A stretch of 64,000 bases of DNA, taken from Myxococcota bacterium. Lineage in GTDB: Bacteria > Myxococcota_A > UBA796 > UBA2385. This document shows positions 1 to 9,489 of the stretch, in pieces. The position numbers were made by a program, and so were the translations under genes. How positions within the stretch are numbered: the first letter of the stretch is position 1; each line of letters opens with the position of its first letter. The DNA lies in contig JBIJDH010000008.1 of NCBI GenBank assembly GCA_044344255.1, forward strand, positions 128,001 to 192,000, read 5' to 3'. The notes beneath the pieces are model-generated. The model was not told where the DNA came from. It saw only the letters and a program-made list of their open reading frames with translations, and made no database searches.

Positions 1-1
1 C

Positions 2-1204
2 ACCCCGCTCGGCGGCATCGACTCCGCCTTCCGCTGGTCCAACGGCAACCTCGCCTCCACCGACGCCGACGCCGCCCTCTCGCCCTCGTCCTGGTCGCGG
101 TACTATCCGTACACCACCTCTGTGTACTGGACCTACACCGACCTGACCGCCCAGGACTTCCTGAAGGACGACACCGGCGACCTCTTCCCCGGCCAGCGTC
201 AGCTCCTCCAGCGCTGGGACGAGGTCTACGATCTGCCGGGGGAGAGCTCCACCCTCGGCGCCTACTCCATCCAGCTCGACTGGTACACGACCTATTACGG
301 TGGCACCGGCTTCTACTCCATCTCGCCGGGCATCGACGACGTGATCGCCGAGGGGGACGGCGTCTTCGAGAGCCTCACCGAGAACGGCGTCGACCCTGCG
401 GTGCGACTGTACATCCTCGCCGGCGAGAACCCGATCATGCCGAACGGCACCTCGGACTACCTCGCCTCCTCTTTCGATGAGTCCTGGATCGACGTCGCCA
501 CCGCCGGCATCGACAAGTGGGCCCTCCTCCTCGGCGATCTGGTGGGCGACACGCTGATGAGCGTGGGCTACGCCGACACCGACATCGCCGGGCTGGCGAG
601 CGGCAAGCTCATCCTCGGCGAGGTGAGCGGCCCCTCGGACGGCCTCGTCTTCGTCGACTCCGCCACGATGAGCACCACCCTCACGGGCCGCGGCGCCAGC
701 GTCGAGGAGGTCTACGTCGCCAACCTCTCCCACCTCGACCTGCTCTACGCCTCCCCCATCACCGGCCAGCTCCTCAAAGACGACGCCGCCACCGACCCCG
801 AAGAGAAGGGCTGGGAGGACGGGCTCGGCGACCGCTACATCGAGGCCGACACCCTCGGCTGGGTGCAAGACGCCCTCTCCGAGGACGACACCGGCACAGA
901 CGGCACAGACGGCACAGACGGGACTGACGGAACCGACGGCACGGATGGGACCGACGGCACCGACGGCACGGATGGGACCGACGGCACCGACGGCGGCGGC
1001 GACACCGGCACCACCGGCGACGACGGCGCCGGCGACGGCGGCGACGGCAGCGCCGAGGACCCCGACGGCAAGTCCGGAACCGGCGCCCCCGCCTGCGGCT
1101 GCGCCTCGACGACGAGCCCCCTCAGCGGCGCCCTCGGCCTGCTCCTCGCGGGCGCGGGGCTCGCGAGCCGGCGGCGGACCGGCCACGATCGACAGAGCCT
1201 CTGA
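2..1204 (+). CDS. Alpha/beta-hydrolase-like surface protein with MYXO-CTERM-like tail (5' partial)
   Basis: Frame is open from the window edge. TPLGG, SDGLV and SHLDL are lipase-like motifs. A (GTD)n linker precedes the C-terminal ACGCAS, hydrophobic helix and RRR. Confidence 0.6.
   Translation, partial: TPLGGIDSAFRWSNGNLASTDADAALSPSSWSRYYPYTTSVYWTYTDLTAQDFLKDDTGDLFPGQRQLLQRWDEVYDLPGESSTLGAYSIQLDWYTTYYGGTGFYSISPGIDDVIAEGDGVFESLTENGVDPAVRLYILAGENPIMPNGTSDYLASSFDESWIDVATAGIDKWALLLGDLVGDTLMSVGYADTDIAGLASGKLILGEVSGPSDGLVFVDSATMSTTLTGRGASVEEVYVANLSHLDLLYASPITGQLLKDDAATDPEEKGWEDGLGDRYIEADTLGWVQDALSEDDTGTDGTDGTDGTDGTDGTDGTDGTDGTDGTDGTDGGGDTGTTGDDGAGDGGDGSAEDPDGKSGTGAPACGCASTTSPLSGALGLLLAGAGLASRRRTGHDRQSL
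893..991 (+). repeat. 9-bp coding tandem repeat (Gly-Thr-Asp x11)
   Basis: ggNacNgaY units with synonymous variation. Confidence 0.9.
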
Positions 1205-1270
1205 GCGAGCCCGCGCTCCGGCCAGACGATACGGGGGCCCGCCCCCCACCATCCGCGGCCCGGAGCGCTC

Positions 1271-1888
1271 ATGTCGATCGTCCTCTACCACCACAGCCAC
1301 ACCCGAGCCGCCAACGTCGTCTGGATGCTCGAAGAGCTGGGCGTGCCCTACACCCTCGAGCACGTCAGCCTGAAGACCGGCGGTCACAAGACCCCGGCGA
1401 TGTTGGCGATGAACCCGATGGGCAAGCTGCCCGTGCTGGTCGATGATGGCGTGGTCATCACCGAGTCGGCGGCCATCGGCCTCTACCTCGCGGATCGGTA
1501 CGGGAGCGGCACGCTGGCCCCCGCCCTCGACGACCCCGCCCGCGGCACCTACCTGCGCTGGGCCCTCTTCGCCCCGTCGGTGATCGAGCCCGGCTCGATG
1601 GCGAAGGCCGGCGGCTGGACCGCCCGCGAGGGGGCGGTGGGCTGGGGCAGCCACGACGCGATGATCGCGGCGATAGAGAGCGCCATCGGCGCCGGGCCCT
1701 TCCTGTTGGGCGAGCGTTTCACGATGGCCGACGTCATCTTCGGCGGCACGGTCCGCTTCATGCTCGCCTTCAACATGCTGGAGCAGAAGCCCGTCTTCGT
1801 AGACTACGTCGCCCGCATCAACGCCCGCCCGGCCAACCTCGCCGCCCGGGCCCGCAACGAGGCCGAGCTCGCCGCCCACCCGGACTGA
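1271..1888 (+). CDS. Glutathione S-transferase family protein
   Basis: NPMGKLPVL, ITESAAIGLYL, FTMADV motifs. Confidence 0.95.
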   Translation: MSIVLYHHSHTRAANVVWMLEELGVPYTLEHVSLKTGGHKTPAMLAMNPMGKLPVLVDDGVVITESAAIGLYLADRYGSGTLAPALDDPARGTYLRWALFAPSVIEPGSMAKAGGWTAREGAVGWGSHDAMIAAIESAIGAGPFLLGERFTMADVIFGGTVRFMLAFNMLEQKPVFVDYVARINARPANLAARARNEAELAAHPD

Positions 1889-1889
1889 G

Positions 1890-1909
1890 CCCCGGGAGGC
1901 CCTCCGGGG
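1890..1909. terminator. GC-rich hairpin between convergent genes
   Basis: CCCCGG(G)AG-GCC-CTCCGGGG inverted repeat between the GST and SDR stops. No U-tract. Confidence 0.35.
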
Positions 1910-1913
1910 AGCT

Positions 1914-2594
1914 TCACAGGCCGCCGTTCGCCGGGAGCACCTTGCCGCTGAGGGCCGTGTTGTGGTGGATGAACCACAGCGCGGTCGCCGCGGCCTCCTC
2001 GGCCCTCCCCACGCGCCGCAGCGCCGAGAAGCGGGTGTACTCCGCCGCCTGCGCGGCAGAGACGGCCTGCGCCGCGCCGCCGTCGAGCAGGCCGAGGGCG
2101 ACGCCGTTCACGAGCAGGCCCTGGGGCCCGAGCGCGTGGGCGAGGGCCATCACGGCGGCCGACAGCGCTCCCTGTGCCGCCGCGAGGTGCGGGGCGATGG
2201 GGAAGGACTGCCCGGGGGCGAGGCCGGTGAAGGCGACGAGGTTGCGGGGGCGGCCCGCTGGGCGCTGGGAGAGCGCCGCCGCCGCGTCGATCAGCGCCCC
2301 GGCCTGCACCCGGACCGCGTGGCCGAGGGGGTCGGGCCCCAGGCCGACCGCGGGGGCGGCGGCGCAGTGCACGAGGTCATCGGCCATGAAGCCCGCAGCG
2401 TCGAGGGCGGCGAAGAGGGCGGCGACGGCGCCGGGCAGGGCGAGGTCGCAGCGGAGGGCGAGGCCCGGCAGCGCGGCCGCCACCGCCTCGCCTTGTTGGT
2501 AGGTGAAGGCCACGCGGTCTCCCCCGCGGGCGAGGCCCCGCACCACGGCCTGGCCGACGTGGCCGCTCCCGCCGAGCACCAGCACCCGCCTCAT
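1914..2594 (-). CDS. SDR family oxidoreductase, FabG-like, catalytically degenerate
   Basis: Begins MRRVLVLGGSGHVG. ATG at 2594 overlaps the upstream stop (ATGA). YxxxK is replaced by LAAAQ. C-terminal ANGG. Confidence 0.85.
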   Translation of the reverse strand: MRRVLVLGGSGHVGQAVVRGLARGGDRVAFTYQQGEAVAAALPGLALRCDLALPGAVAALFAALDAAGFMADDLVHCAAAPAVGLGPDPLGHAVRVQAGALIDAAAALSQRPAGRPRNLVAFTGLAPGQSFPIAPHLAAAQGALSAAVMALAHALGPQGLLVNGVALGLLDGGAAQAVSAAQAAEYTRFSALRRVGRAEEAAATALWFIHHNTALSGKVLPANGGL

Positions 2595-3904
2595 CGGCTC
2601 GTCTCCCAGAGCCAGTCGAGCTCGGCGCGGATGTCGGTCACGACGGCCTCCAGCGTCTCCATCGGGATGTTGTATCGAGGCTGCATGCGAAAGACCGACC
2701 AGTCGTGGCCGCAGGTGAAGAAGAACCAGCCCCGCCGATAGAGCCGGTGACAGAGCAGGGGAGAGACCGTGGCCCGCTCGGCGAGGCCGTGAAAGCCGAA
2801 GTGCTCGAAGGACAGCCAGGGGTGGTCGAGGGGCCGCAGCTTGAGGCCGAGCATCAGGCCCTCGCCGCGCAGCTCCTCGACGAGCGGGTGCCCGCCCACC
2901 GCGGCCTCCAGCCAGCCCCGAAAGCGGGCGCCCCGCTCGCGGACGCCCTCCAGCACCGCCTCGTCGATGAGGTTGAGGGCGGCGATGCCGGCCACCATCG
3001 AGAGCGCGTTGTAGCTGAAGGTGATGTTGTGGCTCTCGCCGTCCTCGAAGTCCATCCCATAGGCCCGATTGAACCAGGCGGCGGAGGTGAGCATCGCCGA
3101 GGTGGCGACGAGGCCGCCGCCGAGCTGCTTGGCGAGGAGGACGGCGTCGGGCCGGCGGGGCCAGCGCTCGCTCCGGGTGAAGGTGCCGGTGCGGCCGAGG
3201 CCGGTCTGCACCTCGTCGGCGACGAACAGCACGTCCTGCTCGCGGGTGAGCCGGCCGGCGGCCTCGACCCACTCCGGGGGCAGCACCCGCACGCCCCCCT
3301 CCCCTTGGATGGGCTCGACGATCAGCGCCGCGACGTCACCCTCGGCGAAGGCCCGCTCCAGGGCAGGGACGTCACCCCAGGGCAGCGACTCGGCGTGGGC
3401 GAGCATCGGGCCGAAGGGGTCGGAGAAGGGCCCCTTGGCCATCAGCGCGGTGCTGCCGACGCCGCAGCCATGGTAGGCGCCCTCGAGGCCGAGGATGCGC
3501 CTCCGCCCCGTGGCGGCGCGGGCGAGCTTGATCGAGGCCTCCACGGCGTCGCTGCCCGAGGCGCCGAACCAGCTCCGGTCGTAGCCCGTGCGCTCGAACA
3601 GGAGCCGCCCGAGGCGCCCGGCCCAGGGCGTGACGCGGGCGGGGTACCAGCTCGGCGCGTCGGTCGCGAGGAAGTCAACCACCGCCCGCGTGACCGCGGG
3701 GTGCCGGTGCCCGAGGGCCTGGGTGCCATGAAGGTCCTCGAACTCGCGGCCATCCACGTCGACGAGGCGGCCCTCGTGGGTGCTCACCACCTGCCAGGGC
3801 TCCCCGGCGAGGCGGGCCCGCTGGCCGAGCAGGGGATTGACGAATTGCATGTATTCGTCGAAGCCCCGCTGTTGGACCTCGGTGATCGTCGGCGGCGGTC
3901 GCAT
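2591..3904 (-). CDS. Class III PLP-dependent aminotransferase
   Basis: SGSDAVE, YHG, IVEPIQGEGG, DEVQTGLGRTG, AKQLGGG (PLP lysine). TGATG overlap with the upstream gene. Confidence 0.92.
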   Translation of the reverse strand: MRPPPTITEVQQRGFDEYMQFVNPLLGQRARLAGEPWQVVSTHEGRLVDVDGREFEDLHGTQALGHRHPAVTRAVVDFLATDAPSWYPARVTPWAGRLGRLLFERTGYDRSWFGASGSDAVEASIKLARAATGRRRILGLEGAYHGCGVGSTALMAKGPFSDPFGPMLAHAESLPWGDVPALERAFAEGDVAALIVEPIQGEGGVRVLPPEWVEAAGRLTREQDVLFVADEVQTGLGRTGTFTRSERWPRRPDAVLLAKQLGGGLVATSAMLTSAAWFNRAYGMDFEDGESHNITFSYNALSMVAGIAALNLIDEAVLEGVRERGARFRGWLEAAVGGHPLVEELRGEGLMLGLKLRPLDHPWLSFEHFGFHGLAERATVSPLLCHRLYRRGWFFFTCGHDWSVFRMQPRYNIPMETLEAVVTDIRAELDWLWETSR

Positions 3905-4668
3905 CAAATCCCCCCGTCCGCCGCGATGCGCGCGCCGGTGATATGTCGGTTCTGTCCAGAGGCCAGCCAGACGACGAGCGCCGCCACCTCGGCGGGCTGG
4001 ATCAAGCGGCCGAGCGGGCTCTGGGCGAGGTACTCGTCGAGCCGGTGCTGCGGCAGGCTGCGGGACTGACCCGCCTCCAAGAGCCCCGGGGCCAGCAGGT
4101 TGACCTGGATCCCGTAGCGCCCCACCTCGCGGGCGAGGGCCTCCGTCATCCCGCGCAGCGCCGCCTTGGAGGCCGCATAATGCACCGGGGCCTCCACCAC
4201 CCTCCCCTCGGAGAAGGCGCCGATCGACAGGATGTGGCCGCCCTTGGCCCGGATCATCGGCCGCAGGACCGCGCGGGAGAACAGGAAGGCCCCCTTCGCG
4301 TTGACGTTCATCACCGCGTCCCAGTCCTCGGCCTCGATGAGGGCCACCGGCAACACCTGGTTGATGCCGGCGTTGTTCACGAGCAGGTCAATCCCGCCCC
4401 ACTCGGCCACGAGGGCGCTCACGGTGGCGCTCACGTGGGCGGGGTCGGCCACGGAGCCACGAAAGGCGCGGGCCTCGGGGCCAAGCTCGCCGAGGAGCTC
4501 GACGGCGTCGGCCTCGGCACGGAGGTAGGTGAAGGCCACGCGGGCGCCCGCCGCCCGGAGCGCCGTGCAGATCGCCCGCCCGAGGCCCCGGGAGCCCCCG
4601 GTCACGAGGCAGCGCCGGCCCGCGAGCGGCGACTCCATCGGCGGCGAGGCCGGCCCGTCCGCGCTCAT
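3904..4668 (-). CDS. 3-oxoacyl-ACP reductase-like SDR
   Basis: TGGSRGLG, NNAG, YAASK, ADGG motifs. Confidence 0.92.
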   Translation of the reverse strand: MSADGPASPPMESPLAGRRCLVTGGSRGLGRAICTALRAAGARVAFTYLRAEADAVELLGELGPEARAFRGSVADPAHVSATVSALVAEWGGIDLLVNNAGINQVLPVALIEAEDWDAVMNVNAKGAFLFSRAVLRPMIRAKGGHILSIGAFSEGRVVEAPVHYAASKAALRGMTEALAREVGRYGIQVNLLAPGLLEAGQSRSLPQHRLDEYLAQSPLGRLIQPAEVAALVVWLASGQNRHITGARIAADGGI

Positions 4669-6146
4669 CGGCCCTCCCCGGCGTCGAGCTCGACCGCGCC
4701 GAGGTCAAAGCGGCCCCCGGCGCGCGGGCCCCAGCTCCGCGGCGCGCTCATGAAATTCGCCTCCTTCTCTCGATAGAGCACGTTGTAGGCACAGACGGGG
4801 ATCGTAGATCCGTCTGGGTAACAATTGGCGTCACAGCAGGCCGCGAGGCGCTCGGTGTCGAAGGTCTCTTCGTCCATGTGCGCGTGTACATAGATCGCCT
4901 TGATCCAGCGCTCCGAGGCGCGAAGGCTCTGCTCGGGGTCGAGGCTGCGGTCGCTCGGGAAGGCCTCGCGCAGGAGCCCCTTCAGCAGGCGGAGGATGCG
5001 CGCGGCGTCGGGAGGGTCCTCCGCCCACAGACGGTCAATCGCCTCTCGAAGGGCGGCCTCGAGGCGCGGGGTGGGCTCCATGTAGAGGGTCTCCGACAGG
5101 GAGAGGTACATCGTCATCGGATCGAGGAAGCGCGTGAAGGGGATGGGCGGCCCGCCCTCGGGATCGACGAGCAGATAGGCCACCTGGTAGCAGAGCGGGT
5201 GCGCGCGGGGAGAGGGCACGAAGTCATCGACGCCGATCCAGCCCGTCTGTGCGGCGATGCGCTCCAGCACCTCGTAGAGCGAGATGCGGCCCCCGCGGTC
5301 AAAGGTCGCGCCGCCCTGTCCGGTGTAGGTCATCGCGTGCACCTCGACGTGCCGCACGCAGGCGCGGGCCATCGCGAAGTCGAGGATGCGCCCGATCTCG
5401 TGGTCATTGTACCCGCGCGTGACGACCGGGATGAGCGTGACGTCGACGCCGTACCGCTCGAGGTTGTCGAGGCAGCGCAGCTTGGCCGGCAGGAGCGAGA
5501 CCCCCTGCATCAAGACGTCGGTGGCGGCGTCAAAGGTGTCAAAGGACAGGGCGACGCGGGCCCCGAGGCCCTGGAGCCGCGCTACCAGCGCCTCATCGCG
5601 GAGCTTCAAGCCGTTCGAGCAGATGGTGACACGCCGCACCCCCTCCTCCTGGGCGATCGCCAGGAACTCCTCGAAGCGCGGGTGGAGCATCGGCTCGCCG
5701 CCCGTGAGGTTCAAGAGGTCGAGCGTGCCGCCCCGACGGGCCTTGACGTGCCGCAGCACCGCCCGAAAGTCCTCCAGGGGCATGTGATAGGCGGCGTCGT
5801 TCTTGTTGTGGACGTAGCAGATCGGGCAGTCGAGGTTGCAGGCGCTCGTGATGGTGACCACGGGCATCGCCACCGGCACCTGGTGCTGCTCGCAGGGCCC
5901 GCAGTCAAAGGGGCAGCCGAGGTCAACCGCCCGCCGAAGCTCGCGGAGCGCCGGCACCGCCGGCCTCCAGGCCCGCGTGCGCTCGTACCAGTCCACCGAC
6001 GTGCCGATGGCGATGTCTTGCGCCCCGTGGGCGGGGCAGCGCTTGAGCAGCCAGACCGCGCCCTCCCGGGCCACCACCCGCGCGGGCAGGCCCTCCTTGC
6101 AGACGCGGCAGAGGCTGGAGGTGAGGTGGAGGAGGCGGTCGGTCAT
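4665..6146 (-). CDS. Radical SAM enzyme, Tes/GDGT-MAS (MJ0619)-like family
   Basis: SLCRVC..KRCPAHG, CPFDCGPCEQH, CNLDCPIC, GGEP, HPLC and CC..PDGSTIPVCAYN. Start placed at MTDRLL. Confidence 0.88.
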   Translation of the reverse strand: MTDRLLHLTSSLCRVCKEGLPARVVAREGAVWLLKRCPAHGAQDIAIGTSVDWYERTRAWRPAVPALRELRRAVDLGCPFDCGPCEQHQVPVAMPVVTITSACNLDCPICYVHNKNDAAYHMPLEDFRAVLRHVKARRGGTLDLLNLTGGEPMLHPRFEEFLAIAQEEGVRRVTICSNGLKLRDEALVARLQGLGARVALSFDTFDAATDVLMQGVSLLPAKLRCLDNLERYGVDVTLIPVVTRGYNDHEIGRILDFAMARACVRHVEVHAMTYTGQGGATFDRGGRISLYEVLERIAAQTGWIGVDDFVPSPRAHPLCYQVAYLLVDPEGGPPIPFTRFLDPMTMYLSLSETLYMEPTPRLEAALREAIDRLWAEDPPDAARILRLLKGLLREAFPSDRSLDPEQSLRASERWIKAIYVHAHMDEETFDTERLAACCDANCYPDGSTIPVCAYNVLYREKEANFMSAPRSWGPRAGGRFDLGAVELDAGEGR

Positions 6147-6238
6147 GGGCTCGCTTATCCTCTCCCCCCGCCGCCTACCCGAGCTTCTTCCGGAAGCGGA
6201 GCGAGGCCCATCGCCGTGAGCATCGCGGTGGCCATCAG

Positions 6239-6364
6239 GAGCTGCACGTCGAAGATGAGGGGCAGGGACTCGATCCCGGCCTCGTCGCCCGGGTCTTCGA
6301 GCCCGGGGTGACGACCAAGGCGCGGGGCAGCGGCCTCCGTCTGCCCGCCGCCGTGCCCGCATGA
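6239..6364 (+). pseudogene. Sensor histidine kinase HATPase_c remnant
   Basis: Translates ELHVEDEGQGLDPGLVARVFEPGVTTKARGSGLRLPAAVPA* (G1, F and partial G2 boxes). Stop overlaps the regulator ATG. Confidence 0.75.
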
Positions 6365-7566
6365 AGGCGCGCGTGCTGGTGGTCGATGACGACCCGGGCC
6401 TCCGCTACACCCTCGTGGAGATCCTCGAGGCCGAGGGCCTGGAGGTCACCGCGGTCGACAGCGGCGAGGCGGCGCTGCTCGCCCTGCGGTCGGGGGCCTA
6501 CTCGCTCGTCATCACCGACCTCCGGATGCCCGGCCTCGACGGCATGGGCCTGCTCGCCGCCCTCCGCCGCGAGCCGCGCCCGCCGCGGGTGGTGATGATC
6601 ACCGCCCACGGCTCGGAGCGCACCGCCGTGGAGGCGATGAAGGCCGGCGCCTGGGACTACCTGCGCAAGCCCTTCGAGGTCGAGGAGCTCTTGCGGGTGG
6701 TGGAGCGCGCCGTCGAGACGCTCCGCCTCGCCGCCGAGAACGAGCGCCTCTCCGGCGAGCGCATCCTGTCGCGGACCATGGTCTTCGCCTCCCCACGCGC
6801 CGAGCGGCCCTACGTCCGCTTCAACTGCGCCGCGATCAGCCCCGACCTCGCCGAGGCCGAGCTCTTCGGGCACAGCAAGGGGGCCTTCACCGGCGCCGCC
6901 CGGGCGCGGCCCGGCCTCTTCGGAGAGGCCGACGGCGGCACCCTCCTGCTCGACGAGGTGGGCGAGCTCGACCTCTCCACCCAGGCCCGCCTGCTGCGCG
7001 CCCTCCAGGAGGGGGAGATCCGCGCGGTCGGCGAAGAGCGGCCGCGAAAGGTCAACGTGCGCATCCTCGCCGCCACCCACCGCGATCTGCGCGAGCAGGA
7101 GAGCCAGGGCCGCTTCCGCGAGGACCTCTTCTATCGCCTCAACGTCGTCAACCTCCGCGTGCCCGCCCTCCGCGAGCGCCCCGAGGACGTGCCCGTGCTG
7201 GTGCGCCACTTCCTCGACCGCTTCGCGGAGCGCTTCGGCACCGGCCCCATCCGCCTCGAGCCCGCCGTGCTCGACCGCCTCCTCGCCTGGGGCTGGCCCG
7301 GCAACGTGCGCGAGCTCATCAACACGATGGAGAGCCTCGTCGCCTTGTCGGTCGACGGCGTCATCGACCCCGCCCTCCTCCCCGGGGAGGGAGAGGCGGC
7401 GCTCCCCGCCCTCGGCCTCCGCGAGCGGGTGGACGCCTACGAGCGCGGCCTCATCGTCGAGGCGCTGCGCGCCGCCGGCGGCAACCAGTCCGAAGCGGCC
7501 CGGCGCCTCGGGCTGCCCCGGGTGACCCTCCACGACAAGCTGCGGCGGTACGGCCTCGAGGGCTGA
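6361..7566 (+). CDS. NtrC-like sigma-54 response regulator with internal deletion of the Walker A region (possible pseudogene)
   Basis: Receiver domain, GAFTGA, LLLDEVG, DLFYRL, WPGNVREL and HTH are present. GESGTGKE is absent. Confidence 0.85.
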   Translation: MKARVLVVDDDPGLRYTLVEILEAEGLEVTAVDSGEAALLALRSGAYSLVITDLRMPGLDGMGLLAALRREPRPPRVVMITAHGSERTAVEAMKAGAWDYLRKPFEVEELLRVVERAVETLRLAAENERLSGERILSRTMVFASPRAERPYVRFNCAAISPDLAEAELFGHSKGAFTGAARARPGLFGEADGGTLLLDEVGELDLSTQARLLRALQEGEIRAVGEERPRKVNVRILAATHRDLREQESQGRFREDLFYRLNVVNLRVPALRERPEDVPVLVRHFLDRFAERFGTGPIRLEPAVLDRLLAWGWPGNVRELINTMESLVALSVDGVIDPALLPGEGEAALPALGLRERVDAYERGLIVEALRAAGGNQSEAARRLGLPRVTLHDKLRRYGLEG

Positions 7567-7818
7567 GCCAGCGCGGGCGCCCGGGGCGCGCCGGCCGCCG
7601 ACCCGGACCTCGGTGGGGACCGAGAACCTGCAGGCAGTCCATCCACGACGCCGACTTTCACCGCCGAATTGCCGACCAAGGCGGGTGAGCAGTTCCCATG
7701 TCTGGTCCCGGCAACGGTGGCGCAGGGGCCCGTCGTCTGCGCCTGCCGAGCACCCGTGATAAGCTCCGAACATCGCGCGGAGTTGGCCCTGGACAGATGC
7801 ATTCGGTGGGGTGTTTCC

Positions 7819-9483
7819 TTGAAGTGGTTGTTCTGCGGAGCCCTCCTTCCGGCCATCGCCTGCGGGTCCGGTTCCAAAGGCGGGTCATCTCCTGGCTCCG
7901 ACGACGGTGCCCCCACCGATGACACCGCCGGTAGTGGCGCTCCCGTCACCGACACCAGCACCACGGTCGGAGATACCGCAGACGGCGACACCGCGGTTGA
8001 TGACACCGACTCGGGTGGTGGTGCTGATGGAGGAGACACCGGTTCGGGCTACCCTTCCTACACCATCGTCCCCCTCGACGAGGGAGACTACACGACGCTT
8101 ACGCCATCGACCGAAATGATCGGTGGGTGGTCCCTCGGGGAGAGTCTGGCCCTCACCAGCGACCTCTGGGGAGACGGCCGTCCGGAGGTGGTCAGCAGCG
8201 CCTTCTACGACGACGGATACGGGGATGCGATCTCCACCACCTACGTCTTCGACAGCGAGTTCTTCTCGTCCGGCCCGAAGGACGGCGTTGCGAACGACGA
8301 GGCGCGGATGCAGATCGACACCGTGAACGGCGGCGCCAACTCGTACCCGGGGGTCATCGGCGACCTTGATGGGGATGGGCTCGACGAGCTGGCGCTGGAA
8401 GCGGATGGTTGGGGGGCCGCCTCTGTCCTCATCCGTGGTGACCACCTCGCCACCCTCAGCGGGCTCATCGAGAGGGAGGATCTTGACCGCGATGCGGACA
8501 TGACCTTCACGGGCTGTCCCGGTGGCTTCGCCCGCGTGTGGCACTCGGGCCACCTTTCTGACCCCGCCGGCCTACAAGCCGACATCGTGGTCGACTGCTG
8601 GGGCGACATCGTCGTGCTCCATGGGTCAGACCTTTATGATGGTGAGAATAGGATTGGCGACGAAGGACAGGCGCGGATCTACAACACAGACACATGGGGC
8701 GGATCGCCCGTGGTGGAGGGAGATCGCCTCTACGAGCCCACGATTCTCGGAGACCTGGATGGCGACGGACTATACGAGCTTGCGATCCCGATGTGGTCCA
8801 AGTCCGAACCCTACAACTACATATTCTACGGGGACTCCCTCAACTTTGAAGCCCCGACTTCTACCACGGACGCCGACATCGTTTTCAAGACTCCGGATGC
8901 GGTGTCGTGGGGGGACCACGCGACTTTCTATTTTCAACCTACTCCACTCTCTGACGTCAACGGAGACGGCGTCGCGGACGTGCTCTGGAGCTCAGGCTAC
9001 GCCCAGGCAGACGACCGCGAAGACGTCGGCATCGCTTGGCTCTGGTCCGGCGCTCGCCTCGCTTCGCCAATGGTCGGTGAGGTGGGGGATGCGGACGTGA
9101 CATTCACCGCCGACTTGCCCTACTCCTACGTCGGAGACTCGGCGGCCGACGCAGGCGATGTCGACGGCGACAGCCTCAGCGACCTGCTCATCCACTCGTC
9201 CGGATATGACGCGGAAGACGCGATCAACCTCCAGCCCTGCGCACACCTTGTCCTTGGTGCGAAGCTCATCGGGGGTGGCAGCTACAACCTCGACCAGGCC
9301 GGGATAGGCTTCGTGCCCCAGGATGATGGGTATCGAAATCTTGGCCCGGGGGCTGGAGAGTACGCCGGAGGACAGGACCTCGATGGGGACGGGGTCGGCG
9401 ACCTCCTGATCGGGAACTCCGACTGGACTGGGCTGGACTACGGACGCATCTGGATGATCCCCGGCGGCACCCTCCCGCTCTGA
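7819..9483 (+). CDS. FG-GAP/integrin-alpha repeat lipoprotein
   Basis: Lipobox-like AIAC, acidic D/T/G linker, repeated GDLDGDGxxEL/DVNGDG motifs. TTG start inferred. Less extreme GC3 than its neighbours. Confidence 0.85.
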   Translation: MKWLFCGALLPAIACGSGSKGGSSPGSDDGAPTDDTAGSGAPVTDTSTTVGDTADGDTAVDDTDSGGGADGGDTGSGYPSYTIVPLDEGDYTTLTPSTEMIGGWSLGESLALTSDLWGDGRPEVVSSAFYDDGYGDAISTTYVFDSEFFSSGPKDGVANDEARMQIDTVNGGANSYPGVIGDLDGDGLDELALEADGWGAASVLIRGDHLATLSGLIEREDLDRDADMTFTGCPGGFARVWHSGHLSDPAGLQADIVVDCWGDIVVLHGSDLYDGENRIGDEGQARIYNTDTWGGSPVVEGDRLYEPTILGDLDGDGLYELAIPMWSKSEPYNYIFYGDSLNFEAPTSTTDADIVFKTPDAVSWGDHATFYFQPTPLSDVNGDGVADVLWSSGYAQADDREDVGIAWLWSGARLASPMVGEVGDADVTFTADLPYSYVGDSAADAGDVDGDSLSDLLIHSSGYDAEDAINLQPCAHLVLGAKLIGGGSYNLDQAGIGFVPQDDGYRNLGPGAGEYAGGQDLDGDGVGDLLIGNSDWTGLDYGRIWMIPGGTLPL

Positions 9484-9489
9484 CCTCCC

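Noticed and set aside
893..991. Short tandem repeats as a CRISPR array
   Set aside because: In-frame coding linker with no spacers. No cas genes in the window.
6155..6300. Minus-strand peptide EDPGDEAGIESLPLIFDVQ.. as a remnant gene or precursor peptide for the radical SAM enzyme
   Set aside because: Largely the antisense of the histidine kinase remnant. No convincing start, RBS or precursor features.
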